Shown piece by piece: positions 50,775 through 64,000 of a stretch of 64,000 nucleotides of DNA. The notes beneath the pieces were generated by a model that was not told where the DNA came from, did not search any database, and saw nothing but the letters and a program-made list of their open reading frames with translations. The position numbers and the translations under genes are program-made. Source of the DNA: Geosiphon pyriformis uo1 (Eukaryota > Fungi > Glomeromycota); assembly GCA_016748015.1 (NCBI GenBank), contig JAAOMT010000275.1:310001-374000 (forward strand). Direction: 5' to 3'. Position 1 is the stretch's first letter, and every line of letters begins with the position of its first letter.

Positions 50775-53700
50775 GCAGTTTTTAAAATAATTAAATAATT
50801 AAAATCAAAAATTTTCAATTGATTCAATTGATACTTTTTAACATTTATGCCAATAATTTTAATAGTTTTAAAATTTTAAATAAAAACTTTATATGTTCAC
50901 AACTAGCGCAAAAAATAAAAAGCAATCACTTTTTTTCACTTTTTGTTTTTAATAGTTCTAATACTCAAAAAAAAATGTTTAAAAGTAAAAACAATTAAAC
51001 AATAATTTTTTGAAAACTTTTTTTTAAATAATAAAGACATAAAACAGTTTTTGGCTACTAAAAAAGCTTTTAAGTAAAAGTTTTTTCTTATTTAAAGTCT
51101 TTTTCAAGTGATTAACTAAGAATAGTTTTGATGTAATTATTATTACTATAAAAATTTCAAAAACTTTTAATAAAAAATTGATATTCAAGCTACTTTTCGA
51201 TTAAACAATTACTCTTATTTCTGCTCAAATAGCTAAAAAATCCAAAAAAGCTAAGAAACAATCTTTTTTTTTTAAAAAAAAGTGTTTTTTAAAATACTAT
51301 TTTTAATTTTAAAGTTTGCTTTTCTTTGATTTTTTTTGGTGTTTTTATTAATTCTATTTTGGCTATACCAATTAAAATACATATCTTAATTTGGTTATAA
51401 ATAACAGTTTTTTTAATTTAAATAATAACAACAATAAAATATTTGTCAAAGTTGGTTCAATTAAATTGTTTAATGTATTAAATTTTAGTTAATTTTTACT
51501 AGTTTTAAAAACAAAACAAAACATGTTTTTATATATAATTTTAATTAATTAATTTATTAAGTTATTTAATTTTAAAAATTAAATTAATAAAATAAAAACT
51601 AAAATATATATTTTTTGTTTTCTAAAAACATTACAAATTATAGTAGTGTTTAAAAAACTGTTAATAGTCATCAAATTTTTTTTGCATAAGTAGTTTTTGT
51701 TTTAATTTTTGATATAACTGTTAATATTAAGTTGATCTATATTAAGACTGTGTTTTAATTTTTATATGAATTTATTAGTTTGAAATTAATTATTAAAAAC
51801 GATTTTAAGTTTTTTTGTATTTTATATTTCAAGTTTTTTTTAATTTTATTATTAAAATTAAGTTTGTTAAATTATTATTTTTTATCATTTATATTATTGT
51901 AAATTAAAAAAAAAATCATTGTTTTTTATAATATATTTATAGTTTTTAAAATTAATAATTTGAGTTTTCAAGTTAATAATTAGACTTATTTAATTTTTTG
52001 CTTTTTTTCAAATTTTTTGTTATATTCAAAATTTTAAAAAGTTAATTAAAATTTAAGTTGTATGATTTGTTTGGTTTAGTTAGATTTGTCATTAAAAAAA
52101 TTAAATTTTTGGTGGATTTGGTTGTTTTTTTATGATTTTTTAAATAAGTTTTAACATAAACATTAAAGTTTGGTTTATTTTTTAAAAAAATTAGATCAAA
52201 TGTATGTTTAATTTTATTATAGTTTGCTTAAAAGCTTATCTTAGTTTAAAGATAAATACAAGACTTTTTCTGATTTTACATATTTTTGTTGTCTTGATAG
52301 TTTTAAATTAATTGGAATTAATTATAAAAAATCGTATAAAATTTACAGAAAAATGAAGTAAAAATATATAAAAATTCAACAGAAAAATAGATGCATACAA
52401 TTGTCAAATATGAAAATAGATTTGTAAACTACTTTAGTAAAATAGAATATTAAGTTATTTGGTTTGAAAGATAAATGAGTTTTATTTATCTGGATGGCTG
52501 ATTATGTATAAAAATACATAATTCACATTTATAATTTGTAGAAACTAGAATAGATATTGGAAGGATCACACTTTGTTAAAGCAATAAATAAAAACTTTAT
52601 TTTTTGACTTGAGAATTCAAAAGAGGTTTTAAAAATTTTTATTTTTTTCAAATGATTATTTCTTAACCAATAAAAATTTAAAAAATTATTTAATTTAACA
52701 ATAAATAATTATGTAGAAATGATTATATATATTATTGTGCTTGATAAAATATTTGATCAAAAAACTTATGCAGTTTCTCGAATTATAAAACAAAAATAAA
52801 ATGAAATAAAATAAAATAAAATGAAATAAAATAAAATGTCATATTACGAAAATATGAACAATATTTTTTTTTAAGATTATTTTTAAAAGAGTATTGGATA
52901 TTGTAAAATTGGTTCTAACTTGATAAAGAAAAAAAAAACATTTGAAATAAGTTTTATTTATTATTTTAAATAAAATCTTAAAATCAAATTACTATTAATT
53001 TTTTGTAATAAAAAAGAGTTTAATTATGACATTTTAAGATTTTAAATTGTACATATATAAATTTTCACAAAAAGCTTTTAAATAAAATATATATATTATA
53101 TATATATTATAAAATTATTAATTAATAATTTATAAAACATATTTATTTATTTAAAATATGACAAATAATTATATAATCAAAATATTTGTATAAATATTTG
53201 TATTAAAAAAAATACAATAATGTTAAATATCACAAAAATATTAAAAAAATATTTTACAAGATTGATCCATATAAGTCATTTCGAGATTTTAAATTACATT
53301 ACATTTTTTATTTTTACTTTGATAATTTTCTTAGATTCATAAAATATAAGCATTCGAAAAATATCTTGCCCAATTTTCGTTGAGACATTCTTGAGATGGA
53401 AAATCGTGTTCATTAGGCCTTGTTAAATCTAATCCTCATGTGGATTAATCTTTGGAAAATTAGAAATATCCTACAAAATGAAATGGACAGAATTTTCATT
53501 AGCATGTTTTTCAAAATTATTATTTTGCAATCATTTTATTCCAAAATATCCAAAAAGAAATTTTTTTCCCCAAATTTGGTAAAAGTCATAGAGTTGAAAA
53601 TTTATTAAAATCTTTGATTTTTTAGAGGGAACCAAGTAATTTTCATATAATAAATTACTCAATAGATAATTTAAAAAAATTGAGATTTGGTTTATATTTT

Positions 53701-56640
53701 AATTTTTCCCCACGATATCCAAATTTTCAGGTTAACCCAATGGGATTTTGTTTTGGTTATTCAAAACGTCATGTACCTGTTTTCTAATATGACTTAATTT
53801 AATTAATAAAGGAGATGATTCCACTCAAGTACTCTGTTACCTGGGTAACTTTTCCTTAGATCTAACAATCCTGAACTTTATCGTGTGAGTTTGTGCTATT
53901 GAAAATTCAAATCATAAAAAAAAAAAACTATTGATTTTAAACGTTTATGTTCCCCTGGAATAAAATATTCGGGCCAGAAACTTTTAAAAAAAATGTTTGG
54001 TTCAACTTATTACTAAACTCTATTCTCAAAACTTGAATAATAATGATGAGCTTGTTACAAAGGGGGGTAGTTAGAGTATCGAAATGATCCAGTAAAAAGC
54101 GATCGTGTCACTCCCTGAATAAACTGAGCATTGTCTTTATACGTATATTTGTACATTTCATGTCGTGTAATTTATTCTATGCGTCATTGGTTCATTATAC
54201 TTTTTTAAGCTGATAATGAAAAAATTGTTTCCATTAAAAATGGTAATTTCATGTGTGTAGAAAATAATTTGTCATGTAAAAAAGATGTGAAAAGTTTATC
54301 TGAATCTGTGAAATCAAAGTTTTAAAACTTTTGGATTTGATAGTTTCGGATAATGTAAAAAGCCAATTGGGTAAGACGGTAAAGGCATTTTAGGAAACCA
54401 CAAATTGAATAGCCAGTTATTTCTGCACAATTTTCCTTTGTGAATCAATGGAAAACAAGTTAATTAAGAAACAGTGGCTTTTCTGATAACGAAATCCCGC
54501 TTGTTTAGTTTCTGTTAAACATTGAAAATTATATGTTGGCACCACTCATATTTTTTTGAATTCCCCTAATTTTTTCAAATTTAAATCTTTTCAAGTTAAA
54601 TCATTTTCAAAAGAAGAAGAAATTTTCATCTGAAAGTCAACAACTTTCCCACATTAAAAAGTTTAAAAATGAAAAGGGACCCAAATTACATTCATGTCCC
54701 CGAATCGAATTTAAGATCAACTAGCATTATTCTATAACGATTTTTTAGTTTCTTTAGATTTCGATGCATGAGCGTGATTATGCCGAATTAAATTTGAAAC
54801 AATTTTCTAATAATCTTAATGAGGAAATTTGGTTACCAATCAAAGAGCACGCAAAAATAACTCACTTACTCACTCGCTCCGCTCACTCTCACTCACTCTC
54901 TTTTCTGATGAATTGCTTTAATATTAGGGCTTGATATATACTCGGCTTGCTTCAGTCAAGGGATTTGGTGTTGAATTCAAGATTTTAAGCTTCTTTGGCT
55001 TTTGTTCGTCTGAATAAGTAATTGAGTACCAATTTGCAGTTTCGAGAGAGAGGAGGTCATGTCCACTCATCAGAATGGTAACTAAGGCTTATTTGGCTCG
55101 CTTCAAAAACCATTGTGAAATGAACTCGCTTGTTCCCTTAACCGGGGGGTAATCATGGGACAGTGGAATTCTTTGGACCAAGAATTGATTTCCTATAAAG
55201 ATTGGCCTGACAAAATGTAATGTACGCCGAACATTCGAATTTGAGAACGCCTAATAATCGAGATATTTTGATACTTTAACATTAAAATATACACGTCAAT
55301 TTTGTCGTATACTTAAAACGTTTTTTGATAGCCGTATTGTATATTAGCCCAAAGAACAAAATTATCTCCTTGCATTTTTTTTGTACACTTATTTACGCGT
55401 TACTCCTGCTTTTTCAAATGGCCATTCACCTCTCAATGTACAAAATTATGTTTACTGATGATCTTTCAATAGCTAGCTTCCCACACCTCAAAATGTCTTC
55501 ATTCTTCCATAGAAATAATCGAAAATCCAGCCTCGAGATTAAAAGAACCCATAAATTTTATTTTTTACCTTGGCGTACGCGTATTTGTTTATCACGACTT
55601 ATATGGCTACTTTGATCCGGTCCTTATGTATCCCTTAAATTGACGCATGCACAAGTTTCGCCTCGCTGAATAAAATTTTTGGGTTCTTTGCCTCTTTCTC
55701 AATTCCTATTTTAATGGAACCGTTATCGGGCGTAACCTTTATTTTTAGTAAAAGATTAAAAAATGAAAATGGAAAAATACTTGATATCATAGACTATCTG
55801 TTACATGCATGCGTTGTGAATCTTTTTTGTTGTTTCCAGGCTCACCTTGCTTTTTTTTTCAATTGAATTTGTTTTTATGAATATTAATATTAATATCAAT
55901 ATCAAAATCAAAATCAAAATCAAAATCAAATATCAATATCAAAAAATCAATATTAATATCAATATTATAATTTTTTATTTGTCTATTGACAAAAAACCGA
56001 ATTTGACATTGCAAGAAAAATTTACATAAATGGAAAATTTTCTTAAGCCTGTTTAGGAGGCTGTAAGGTATTATTGCATATTTGTATTTTTGAAAAAAAG
56101 CTATATTTCAAAAATCTCTACAAATTGAACATTATTACCTGTTGTGAATCTTTGATGTAAACAATTTTGAAACCTTTAAGATTGTACACTAAATAGTTTG
56201 TCATCAAAACATATATATATATATATATATATTGAATCAAATATATATATATTTTTTAAACTATGTAAAGAATAAGATATGACAGAAAAAATCAAGTTTT
56301 TATTTCGTTAAGTTTAATTATTTTATATTTAATACATGAAACATGACTAGACAAAGTGAACATAATGTTACAAAAAATTTCAAGTGTCCAACCTGGTTTT
56401 ACTGTTGTTTCATAAAATTTCCAATATTATTTATGTAAGATAATCGGAATAATTAATTCAAACAAAAAGTACCGGATTAAAAATAAGATTTTTGTTAAAT
56501 TGTTTCTTTTTGATCTTAATTTTTTTTTTTCTTTTGAAAGATTTCCAAAGGCTGAATAGCTTTCAATTACCGACTTTTGTACAATTTGATAGGCAAACAG
56601 TTTTTTATATTTTTTACGTTTCAAATTAACTCATCTAATC

Positions 56641-56709
56641 TTTCTTTTCTTTTCTTTTTTTTTCTTTCTTTCTTTTTTTTTTTCTTTCTTTCTTTTTTTT
56701 TTCTTTCTT

Positions 56710-56789
<80 letters not shown>

Positions 56790-56862
56790 CTTTCTTTCTT
56801 TTTTTCTTTCTTTCTTTTTTTCTTTCTTTTTTTCTTTCTTTCTTTCTTTCTTTCTTTCTTTT
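56641..56862 (+). repeat. Poly-T/(CTTT)n low-complexity tract
   Basis: Read directly; it explains the poly-K and poly-F ORFs in the ORF track. Confidence 0.95.
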
Positions 56863-57984
56863 ATCATGCATCAACTTTTTTTTTATGACTTTGAAATTTT
56901 TTTTGTTACTAAGCACAGAATGATTAAAAATTATTTAATCATGTAAAATGAGTATAAACTTAAATTTTTTTTAACAATTTTTGATTCATTCAAAAGAATT
57001 TATATTTTAATTGAGTTTTTTAATAAAAATTATTTAACATTAATAAAAAATTAACAAATATTATGTAATTTTTTTGTTCAAGTTTATTGTTTGAATTTAA
57101 AGTTTTTATATAAAAATTAATTGTTTATTAAATTCTTAAAAGTACAGGGTTTTTAATAAAATCTTTTAATTATTAATTTTTCCATCTTGAAACACACACT
57201 TTTTAGAAAAATTTATTTGAATAATAATCACGTGCCTATTGTTATCGATATTAGTAGTGAATGTGATACACGTTTCTGCCTGAAAGTCTTGGTAATAATA
57301 TGGTTTAGCTCTAAAATTGTATAAAGCCAGAAATTATGAGATCATAATACGCAATGATGAATGCGCTTAGTCGAAGTGAATGCGCTTGATCGAAATAATT
57401 TGCTCTACCTGTTCTGGTAGATTCACCTTTGAAAGATCTCAGAAGTAAATCTTGGGTTTGTCCGTGGATCTCATATATTCTAAGTTCATACAAAGCTTAA
57501 AATCCTTTTATACTGACCTTTAGTAATGTGCTAGATCGTATCATCACAGCTTAATTACGAAGATACCCTTAAGATCTAATAGAACACATAAACCAGTTTT
57601 AAGAGCGATACTGAAGAGACAGACTATGGCTCTGCCTGGTACGCTACATCAGACAAGCGAGCGTCCTCAAGACAGATTCCTAAGCCTTTTAATCGGGACC
57701 GCGGGTATAGGAGTGACGCGTGATCATATTGATAAAAGGCAATCAGAAGGCCAATGAATTGCTATCATTCTGGTTGATTTGTCGATGAGCGTCCCCCGGA
57801 CTCCTTGATCGGAATCCCGGACGTAGTCTCCATCTTAATACAAGACAAGATAGTTCCAGTCTAAGCAAGTTCTGATTGCTCACAAGTTGCTACCATCATA
57901 TCAAATGATAGGCTTGGCGAAAACGTGTTCCTTAACAAGACAATGATAGGTTATAACAAGATTCGGATTTTGTATAGTTAGCAG

Positions 57985-58125
57985 CCAATCAGCGATGCAG
58001 TATGGACTATCGCTATTTTGCTGAGACTGACGTCACGTTACGGTTTGTTGTCACTTGCAATTTACAGATCCAGCTGAACAAGATGTCAACAATCTGTAGT
58101 GGTCCACTTTCAGACGTTTATAAAA
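57985..58125 (+). promoter_or_regulatory. Candidate Pol II promoter: CCAAT (57985), TGACGTCA (58028), TATAAAA (58119)
   Basis: The three motifs lie in canonical order in a CpG-rich stretch upstream of the ATG at 58222. Confidence 0.4.
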
Positions 58126-58221
58126 GAAGGAATCAGACCAGGGGATCGGCCTGAAAACTTGTTTGGTGTTTAGTGTGGCCTCTGGGCAAAGATATCGATC
58201 TCGATGCTTGTATCAAGGGAG

Positions 58222-59276
58222 ATGTTAGCAGTACAACGCCTTGAAAATCACTATGACGGTACGGTTTTTTTGTTCAAAGGCCATCTAAACATCAAAAAAA
58301 CTGAACAATTAGAGGTAAGTAAATCATGCCAATATACAACAGAGTATTTGTGTTGATAAGCTCGAGTAACAAAAATATTCATGGCTTGCTGCTGTAAATA
58401 GAATCATATTGTGAACAAGGGTAAACGTACAAATATTGAACTTCATGGGGAATGTTGGTCATAATTCCTCAAAATGACATTGTGGTGATTTCTATAATGT
58501 AAGTAACGGAATTCATTGCGAACAATCAATGACAATTATGATACGGGAGTTGAATTAACTGATGGCCAGGGCAAAAGGACAATCTTGAACAGCTTGGAGA
58601 CATTGACGACATTTTGCAACTCAGACGAAGAATTGAGGTACATCTCTTGATATATATTTGTGAGGGCATTGAAATTAAAATGATAAGATATAAATGAAAT
58701 CGCGGTTTAAATTGTGCAGGTTGAGCAAGTTGTTTGAATTGAGTAAAGCTCTTTCGATAAATAGTAAGGATCATAATAATGTATCTGTAATATCTTGAAA
58801 TGTTTTATATCCTTGCAGATTGGGATACTACCCTTTTCATCTCGTTCAGCACCTTTGGAACCATCCCAAATTAAGGTATATGTATATATTATATTGAATG
58901 CCGAGTTGATGGTATGGAGATAGTGACGTCAACAGATCGAAACGACAAACATCTGAACGACCATTTGTGGGTGATTCTCTATTTTATTACTCGCAGTTGT
59001 TATGGACTCGAAGGACGAGCTGAATCATCAAAGCCAATAGAAGAAAGACAATCAACGACTAAATACGTGCAACCCTTGTTTAATTGGGCCTTTCAAGATG
59101 TCCAATGTTATAATAGTTTTTGGTAAGTAGGGTAGGAATTATCAATTATGCATGTGGGATGAAAAAGTGAACCAAAAATCATCAGCTGACTGTTCATGTT
59201 TCGCAGGTGTGAAAAAGGAAACAAGATCTTATTTAAAGAATCAAATCCATCACATTCGCAGAAAAGCCTCATGTAA
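58222..59276 (+). pseudogene. Degraded or poorly resolved multi-exon gene of unknown function
   Basis: There is a series of canonical donors and acceptors (GTAAGT at 58315, 58499, 59123; GCAG acceptors ending near 58719, 58818, 58995, 59206). Exon pieces include EERQSTTKYVQPLFNWAF...SFWCEK. No continuous frame could be assembled. Confidence 0.5.
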
Positions 59277-60863
59277 GGCTTGTGGAAATTTCTGGTGGCA
59301 CGGAGGGCTGTAATGAGACAACATTTAAAGATCTGTTGAGAATTACAAAAGGAATGAGAAAAAATTTGCGGGGAATAGGAATTATAGTTTTCTGGGGTAA
59401 TTTAAATGAAGTAGGATATTGAAAGTGGTGGCAAATGTTTATATTATATGTGAAGGTTAACTTTTTTTTTGACTATGTATATTTGTATATTCAGGCAATG
59501 CGCTGTGTTGGGATGATGAAATGATATTCTGTCTCGGTTAATTGAAGATATGTGCTCGGTCTCAAGAATAATAGACTCAGAAACTCGAAAAGAAAGATGA
59601 AAAAAGATTAAGTTCGACTTAATGAACAGACATATAAATCCTGTTTTACCTCAAGTCTTAAATTCAGTAACAGCCCACGGCACATGTAATCACATGGGGC
59701 TTAACAACTTGACCACTGATTTGAGAAGAATAAACCAATTTCAGTTTTAAAATTGATCCAAAGTTCTAAATTTTTTTAATGTGACGAATATTCGCAAGAT
59801 GAACTATATTCACACGAATTTTTCATGATATTCCGTTTTACTATGTGACACTAAAAAGTTATTCCTATTATTACTGAAAAACTAGTAATGGACAGCAGCT
59901 TTTTGTATCAAAAGGAAAAACGTGTGAAATTTCAAAACAAATAAATGACATCTAGTATCACTTTTTTAATTATTTTCAATCTAACCAAAAAAAAAAAAAA
60001 AAAGAGGAGAGCATCATCACCAATTAGCTTCGAACAAATAAGGAAAAAATAATATCAGATATCAATAATTAAATCTTCTTTTTAGCAAATCAATTATGTA
60101 TAATGTAAGCATCGAATATTATATATATTTTGTCATCATCGCAAATTCTCATTCCCAAGGCTTATTAGAGTATTATTATAAAGGAAAATGGCTTCAGATT
60201 TTCATCAAAAGATTACCAATGCTTTTTCGTTATTTTTGTGGGGAAAGTTTGTTATTTACTGCTGTTTATTATTTGTTATTTAGTGTTTTTTTGTTTGTTT
60301 ATTGGCTGAGTCAGATTTCAATAAAACTTAGCGCGGTAGAGCCATGAATGATGAACAGTTTTTATTTTTTTTTTCAAAGTTTTTCCTAATCTAAACCATT
60401 CTTAGTTTTTAATAATAAATATAAAAATTTTAAAAAACACTATGTACAAAATCTAAGAATAATTACGAATTGCTGATTGATGTTAATCATCTTGACCAAA
60501 ATAATATCAGATTTGTGAAAGCTGTTCTTCAAAATAAGAAATTTTAATTTTCCCAGGTCCAGAATTGAGGCGCGGGGGGTACAATTATTTATTAAGGGTA
60601 TGATTTTAAAGAGATATATGAGTTGAGTTTAATTTAATTTAATTTAATTTTAATTTAATTTAGTTAGTTTAGTTTAATTTAATTGAGTTTAGTTTATTTG
60701 GAATTTAGTTGAGTTGACTGTGAGATATCTTTGAAACATTTTCGCAGTGTAAACTTTTTATCTGCAGATGAAAATGAAAGAAATCGAACTTTTTTATTAC
60801 GTATTTCATTAGTTTGAGAGAAGAATTTGGTTAGATTATTTGGTATTTATATTTTTTAATTAA

Positions 60864-60901
<38 letters not shown>

Positions 60902-61074
60902 TTATTATTATTATTTTTTAAAATAAAATAAAATAAAATAAAAAATAAAATAAAAAAACCGATTTATACCCCAATTTTACTTTTGATTATAAAAAAGAAT
61001 TTCCTATCAAAAATAAATTTTCGATCATCGATAATGAATAAAATCGTTGACATCAAGTATTGGAACTGATGATA

Positions 61075-61124
<50 letters not shown>

Positions 61125-61221
61125 ATATCTAGAAAACTATTTCCTCTAAATTTAATAGTGACTTTAAATTTATTAAACCTAGCCTACATTTCTTGAAATT
61201 TTTTTAGATTGTATAGTGCCA

Positions 61222-61241
61222 NNNNNNNNNNNNNNNNNNNN
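61222..61241. other. Assembly gap (20 N) next to a poly-A tract
   Basis: Run of N. Confidence 1.
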
Positions 61242-61295
<54 letters not shown>

Positions 61296-61397
61296 AAATT
61301 TCTCTCCTCCCCCAAAAAAAAAAAATTTGCGTAGAAACAACGAAAAGTTTTGTTTTATCTCCCTGTGTTATTAAATGAGAAAATCAACAATTTTTTC

Positions 61398-61451
<54 letters not shown>

Positions 61452-63658
61452 AAGAAGTTTGATATTAAAACAGAAAACGAATCCCTATTACATAAATTTA
61501 CAAGCAAAAAATTTTTTTTTCCTTTATCATTATCATTATCATCATCTTTTAATAATAATCATAATTTTTTAGTAATTATTATAAAATGAAGTATTTCGAA
61601 AATAAAACAAAAAAGTGGTAATAGAAATAATATTAATTAATAATATTAATAATATTATTATCATCACCAATAAGAGAGAAAACTAAACTTCAAATATTCG
61701 TCTAATCTAAATATAATTAGCTTATTTATTATTGTTATTTTTATAATCCTTTTTGGATATTGGTTGTTAAAAAACTAATTAAACACACACACACACACAC
61801 ACACACACTAACACACACTAAAAAGTGATCACTATTTTAGCGCTCCACATGGTTTAGGTGTTTACATTTTCCGAAATGATTACTATTCCCAATATTTTTA
61901 TGCAGTGGCTCCATAACACTTAGCTTGGGACAATGGGGATTGAGTTTGAATATTGTTTTCAAAATCAATCATGTTTCAACAGAAAAACCGCAAGTTTGTT
62001 TAACGTTACCTGTGCACGAAATGATGAACGAATCATTTTCTGGTATTTGATTGATTTTCCGGGGGGTAGGTGGGTGGGTGGATGGGGGGGGGGGGTGGAC
62101 AACGTCACAAATTCAAGTAAGTAATGTGGATCTGTGGGGATGAACGGAGTGTAGATATAACAAAAAAAATACTTTTTTTTATATTATTTATTAAATTTTT
62201 TATTTTAAATAAATAATCGTATAACGATATGATGAAACGGTCAATGCGCGATTATTTCATAATAATATAATTTGTGATTTTTTTAAGTTTATCATCTTAC
62301 CCTAAAATAGGAAATTCATTGTAAAAAAAAACACACAAAAAAAAAAATAAAGAAACGTTTTCTTTTATAGGGATAGTTAAATTCTTTCGTATTTTTTGAT
62401 AAGAAATATGTAATGTTTTCAGAGTAATGATGAGAAAATAAATTACGAAATCAAAACTTGAACAAATTAGAAATAGATTTTTTTTCCTTTTATTTTTCCC
62501 GCCTTTTTTTTCTTAAAACAAAACATCCTAAATATCCAGGAATAATTTATCACAATCATAAATTAGATTGTACTGTATATATATATATATATCTCTCTCT
62601 ATCTCTATCTCTATCTCTATCTATCATTTTAAAAAATAAGCTTTCTTTTCATTTAAGGGTGAAAAAACGTGAAACATATTTAGTATTCAGAATTGAAAAA
62701 ATTGAAACTTTATAATAATTTAAATTTTAAATTTGTCTTATTTCCGTAATTAAATGAAGGGTTTACTTTTTGTTTGGTAAATTTATTTCGTAATCGTAAT
62801 CGTGAACTGATATATGATAGGATTAAAATGTATTTATCAATTATTTTAGTTGTTATGACTTAATATTTGATATTGAAAGTGATTTTTTCAAGAAGCTATG
62901 GGGTTGAGTTGTGAAAGTAACACTAAAACAGATAGTCTGTTCAAAAGTTAGCAAGACAAATAGAAAGTGATAAAATTAAAGAATGATTTTTTAAATTTGA
63001 AAATTATGTACCTTTATCAATTTAAGGTTGGAAATAAAATATATTTATATATATAAGATTCAAGATGAAATTTCATGTTAAATATGGAAATTTATTAAAT
63101 GTTAATATGGAAATTTATTGAGGGAATAATCACATTGGAAAGTTATAAAGTAATTGGTCTTTATTGATATCAAAAAGATTTTTAATGTATATAAATTTGA
63201 AATATATCACTACTTTTATCGAACCATTAAAATGATTGATTTGTCAACAAACTTGCAGCATACCCCAGACTATTAATTTCCTAAATTATACATTGTTTTT
63301 TCTTTGATTGAAATTCGATTCAAAAAGTTTTCAAAACACTGATAGGGAGTGTTATCTATTATTAAAACTTTCCCAATTTGCATGGTTCCGCCAATTAAAT
63401 AATATAAACTCTTTTTTATTTTTTTTATTTTTATTTTATTTTATTTTATTTTTTTTTGCATCATGCATAAGACCGACCGCATGCATGTCATCATAAAAAA
63501 GAAAACAGCATCCTAGTCTGAAAACTCCGCTAATACCCCACAAAAAACGTGTCAAATAGCGTGGTAAGATTAAGTGGTTTTTCCCGTGAAAGATTTCTAG
63601 TTTTGGTCTGGTTTATCTTTTTACACAATTTACTTTGAACACGCAACCTCTTACCAAT

Positions 63659-63752
63659 AGTAGGTAGGCAAGTAGTAGGTAAGTAGGTAAGTAGGTAACT
63701 AAGTAGGTAACTAAGTAGGTAGGTAGGTAGGTAGGTAGGTAGGTAGGTAGGT
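63659..63752 (+). repeat. (AGGT)n / (AAGTAGGT)n microsatellite
   Basis: Read directly from the sequence. Confidence 0.95.
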
Positions 63753-64000
63753 GAGTAATTTTCAAGCTGTGAATATGTCAATAATGAAAGGGCGGTAAAT
63801 ACTGAATCCAGGCCCCGTTAGGTCACATTTAATTGATTACATTTTTAAAAGTAAATAAATGTCCTCATGATTTCAATTGAAATTAACATTAATTATTGAA
63901 ATTCAATAGAGAGAATATTCTGGTGAACAATGATAATAATAACAATAATAATTAAACTTTTCGTCAAATCATCATTATTGAATAGAATATTAGAATCTTC

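Noticed and set aside
56577-56916. Poly-K and poly-F ORFs
   Set aside because: They are translations of a T-rich low-complexity tract.
43388-61572. Several ORFs with poly-Ile runs (43388, 47478, 49958, 50610, 61375)
   Set aside because: They are caused by (ATT)n or (ATC)n microsatellites in AT-rich DNA.
63659-63752. Telomeric repeat
   Set aside because: The unit is AGGT rather than TTAGGG, and the tract is internal and short.

Overview
AT-rich eukaryotic (fungal) genomic DNA with short GT-AG introns. The gene families and retroelement style suggest an early-diverging Mucoromycota/Glomeromycotina fungus; this is inference and was not checked. Bases 1-34.6 kb are a nested stack of decayed Ty3/Gypsy LTR retrotransposons. 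It holds three near full-length copies (B on minus, 844-22674; A on plus, 9979-21969, inserted in B's 5' LTR; D on minus, 23187-34036), three solo LTRs, one truncated LTR and two host fragments. Most insertions keep readable 4-bp target site duplications (TSDs). All three full copies share an unusual layout: gag, protease, a Cys-rich multi-CxxC domain, dUTPase, RT, RNase H, integrase, and an extra ORF of about 230 aa in the env position. In A and B that extra ORF ends at the polypurine tract (PPT). The block is riddled with C>T/G>A changes and almost lacks CpG. The rest of the window contains a membrane-protein pseudogene, an intact 4-exon PB1-domain gene, a young 1.46-kb TIR element carrying an intron-containing USP-like deubiquitinase fragment, a degraded multi-exon gene at about 58-59.3 kb, AT-rich relics, microsatellites and a 20-N gap. 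The most interesting signal is that ORF3 is conserved as protein yet diverges much faster than pol between A and B. It does so together with a swap of the tandem-repeat module in the LTR U3.
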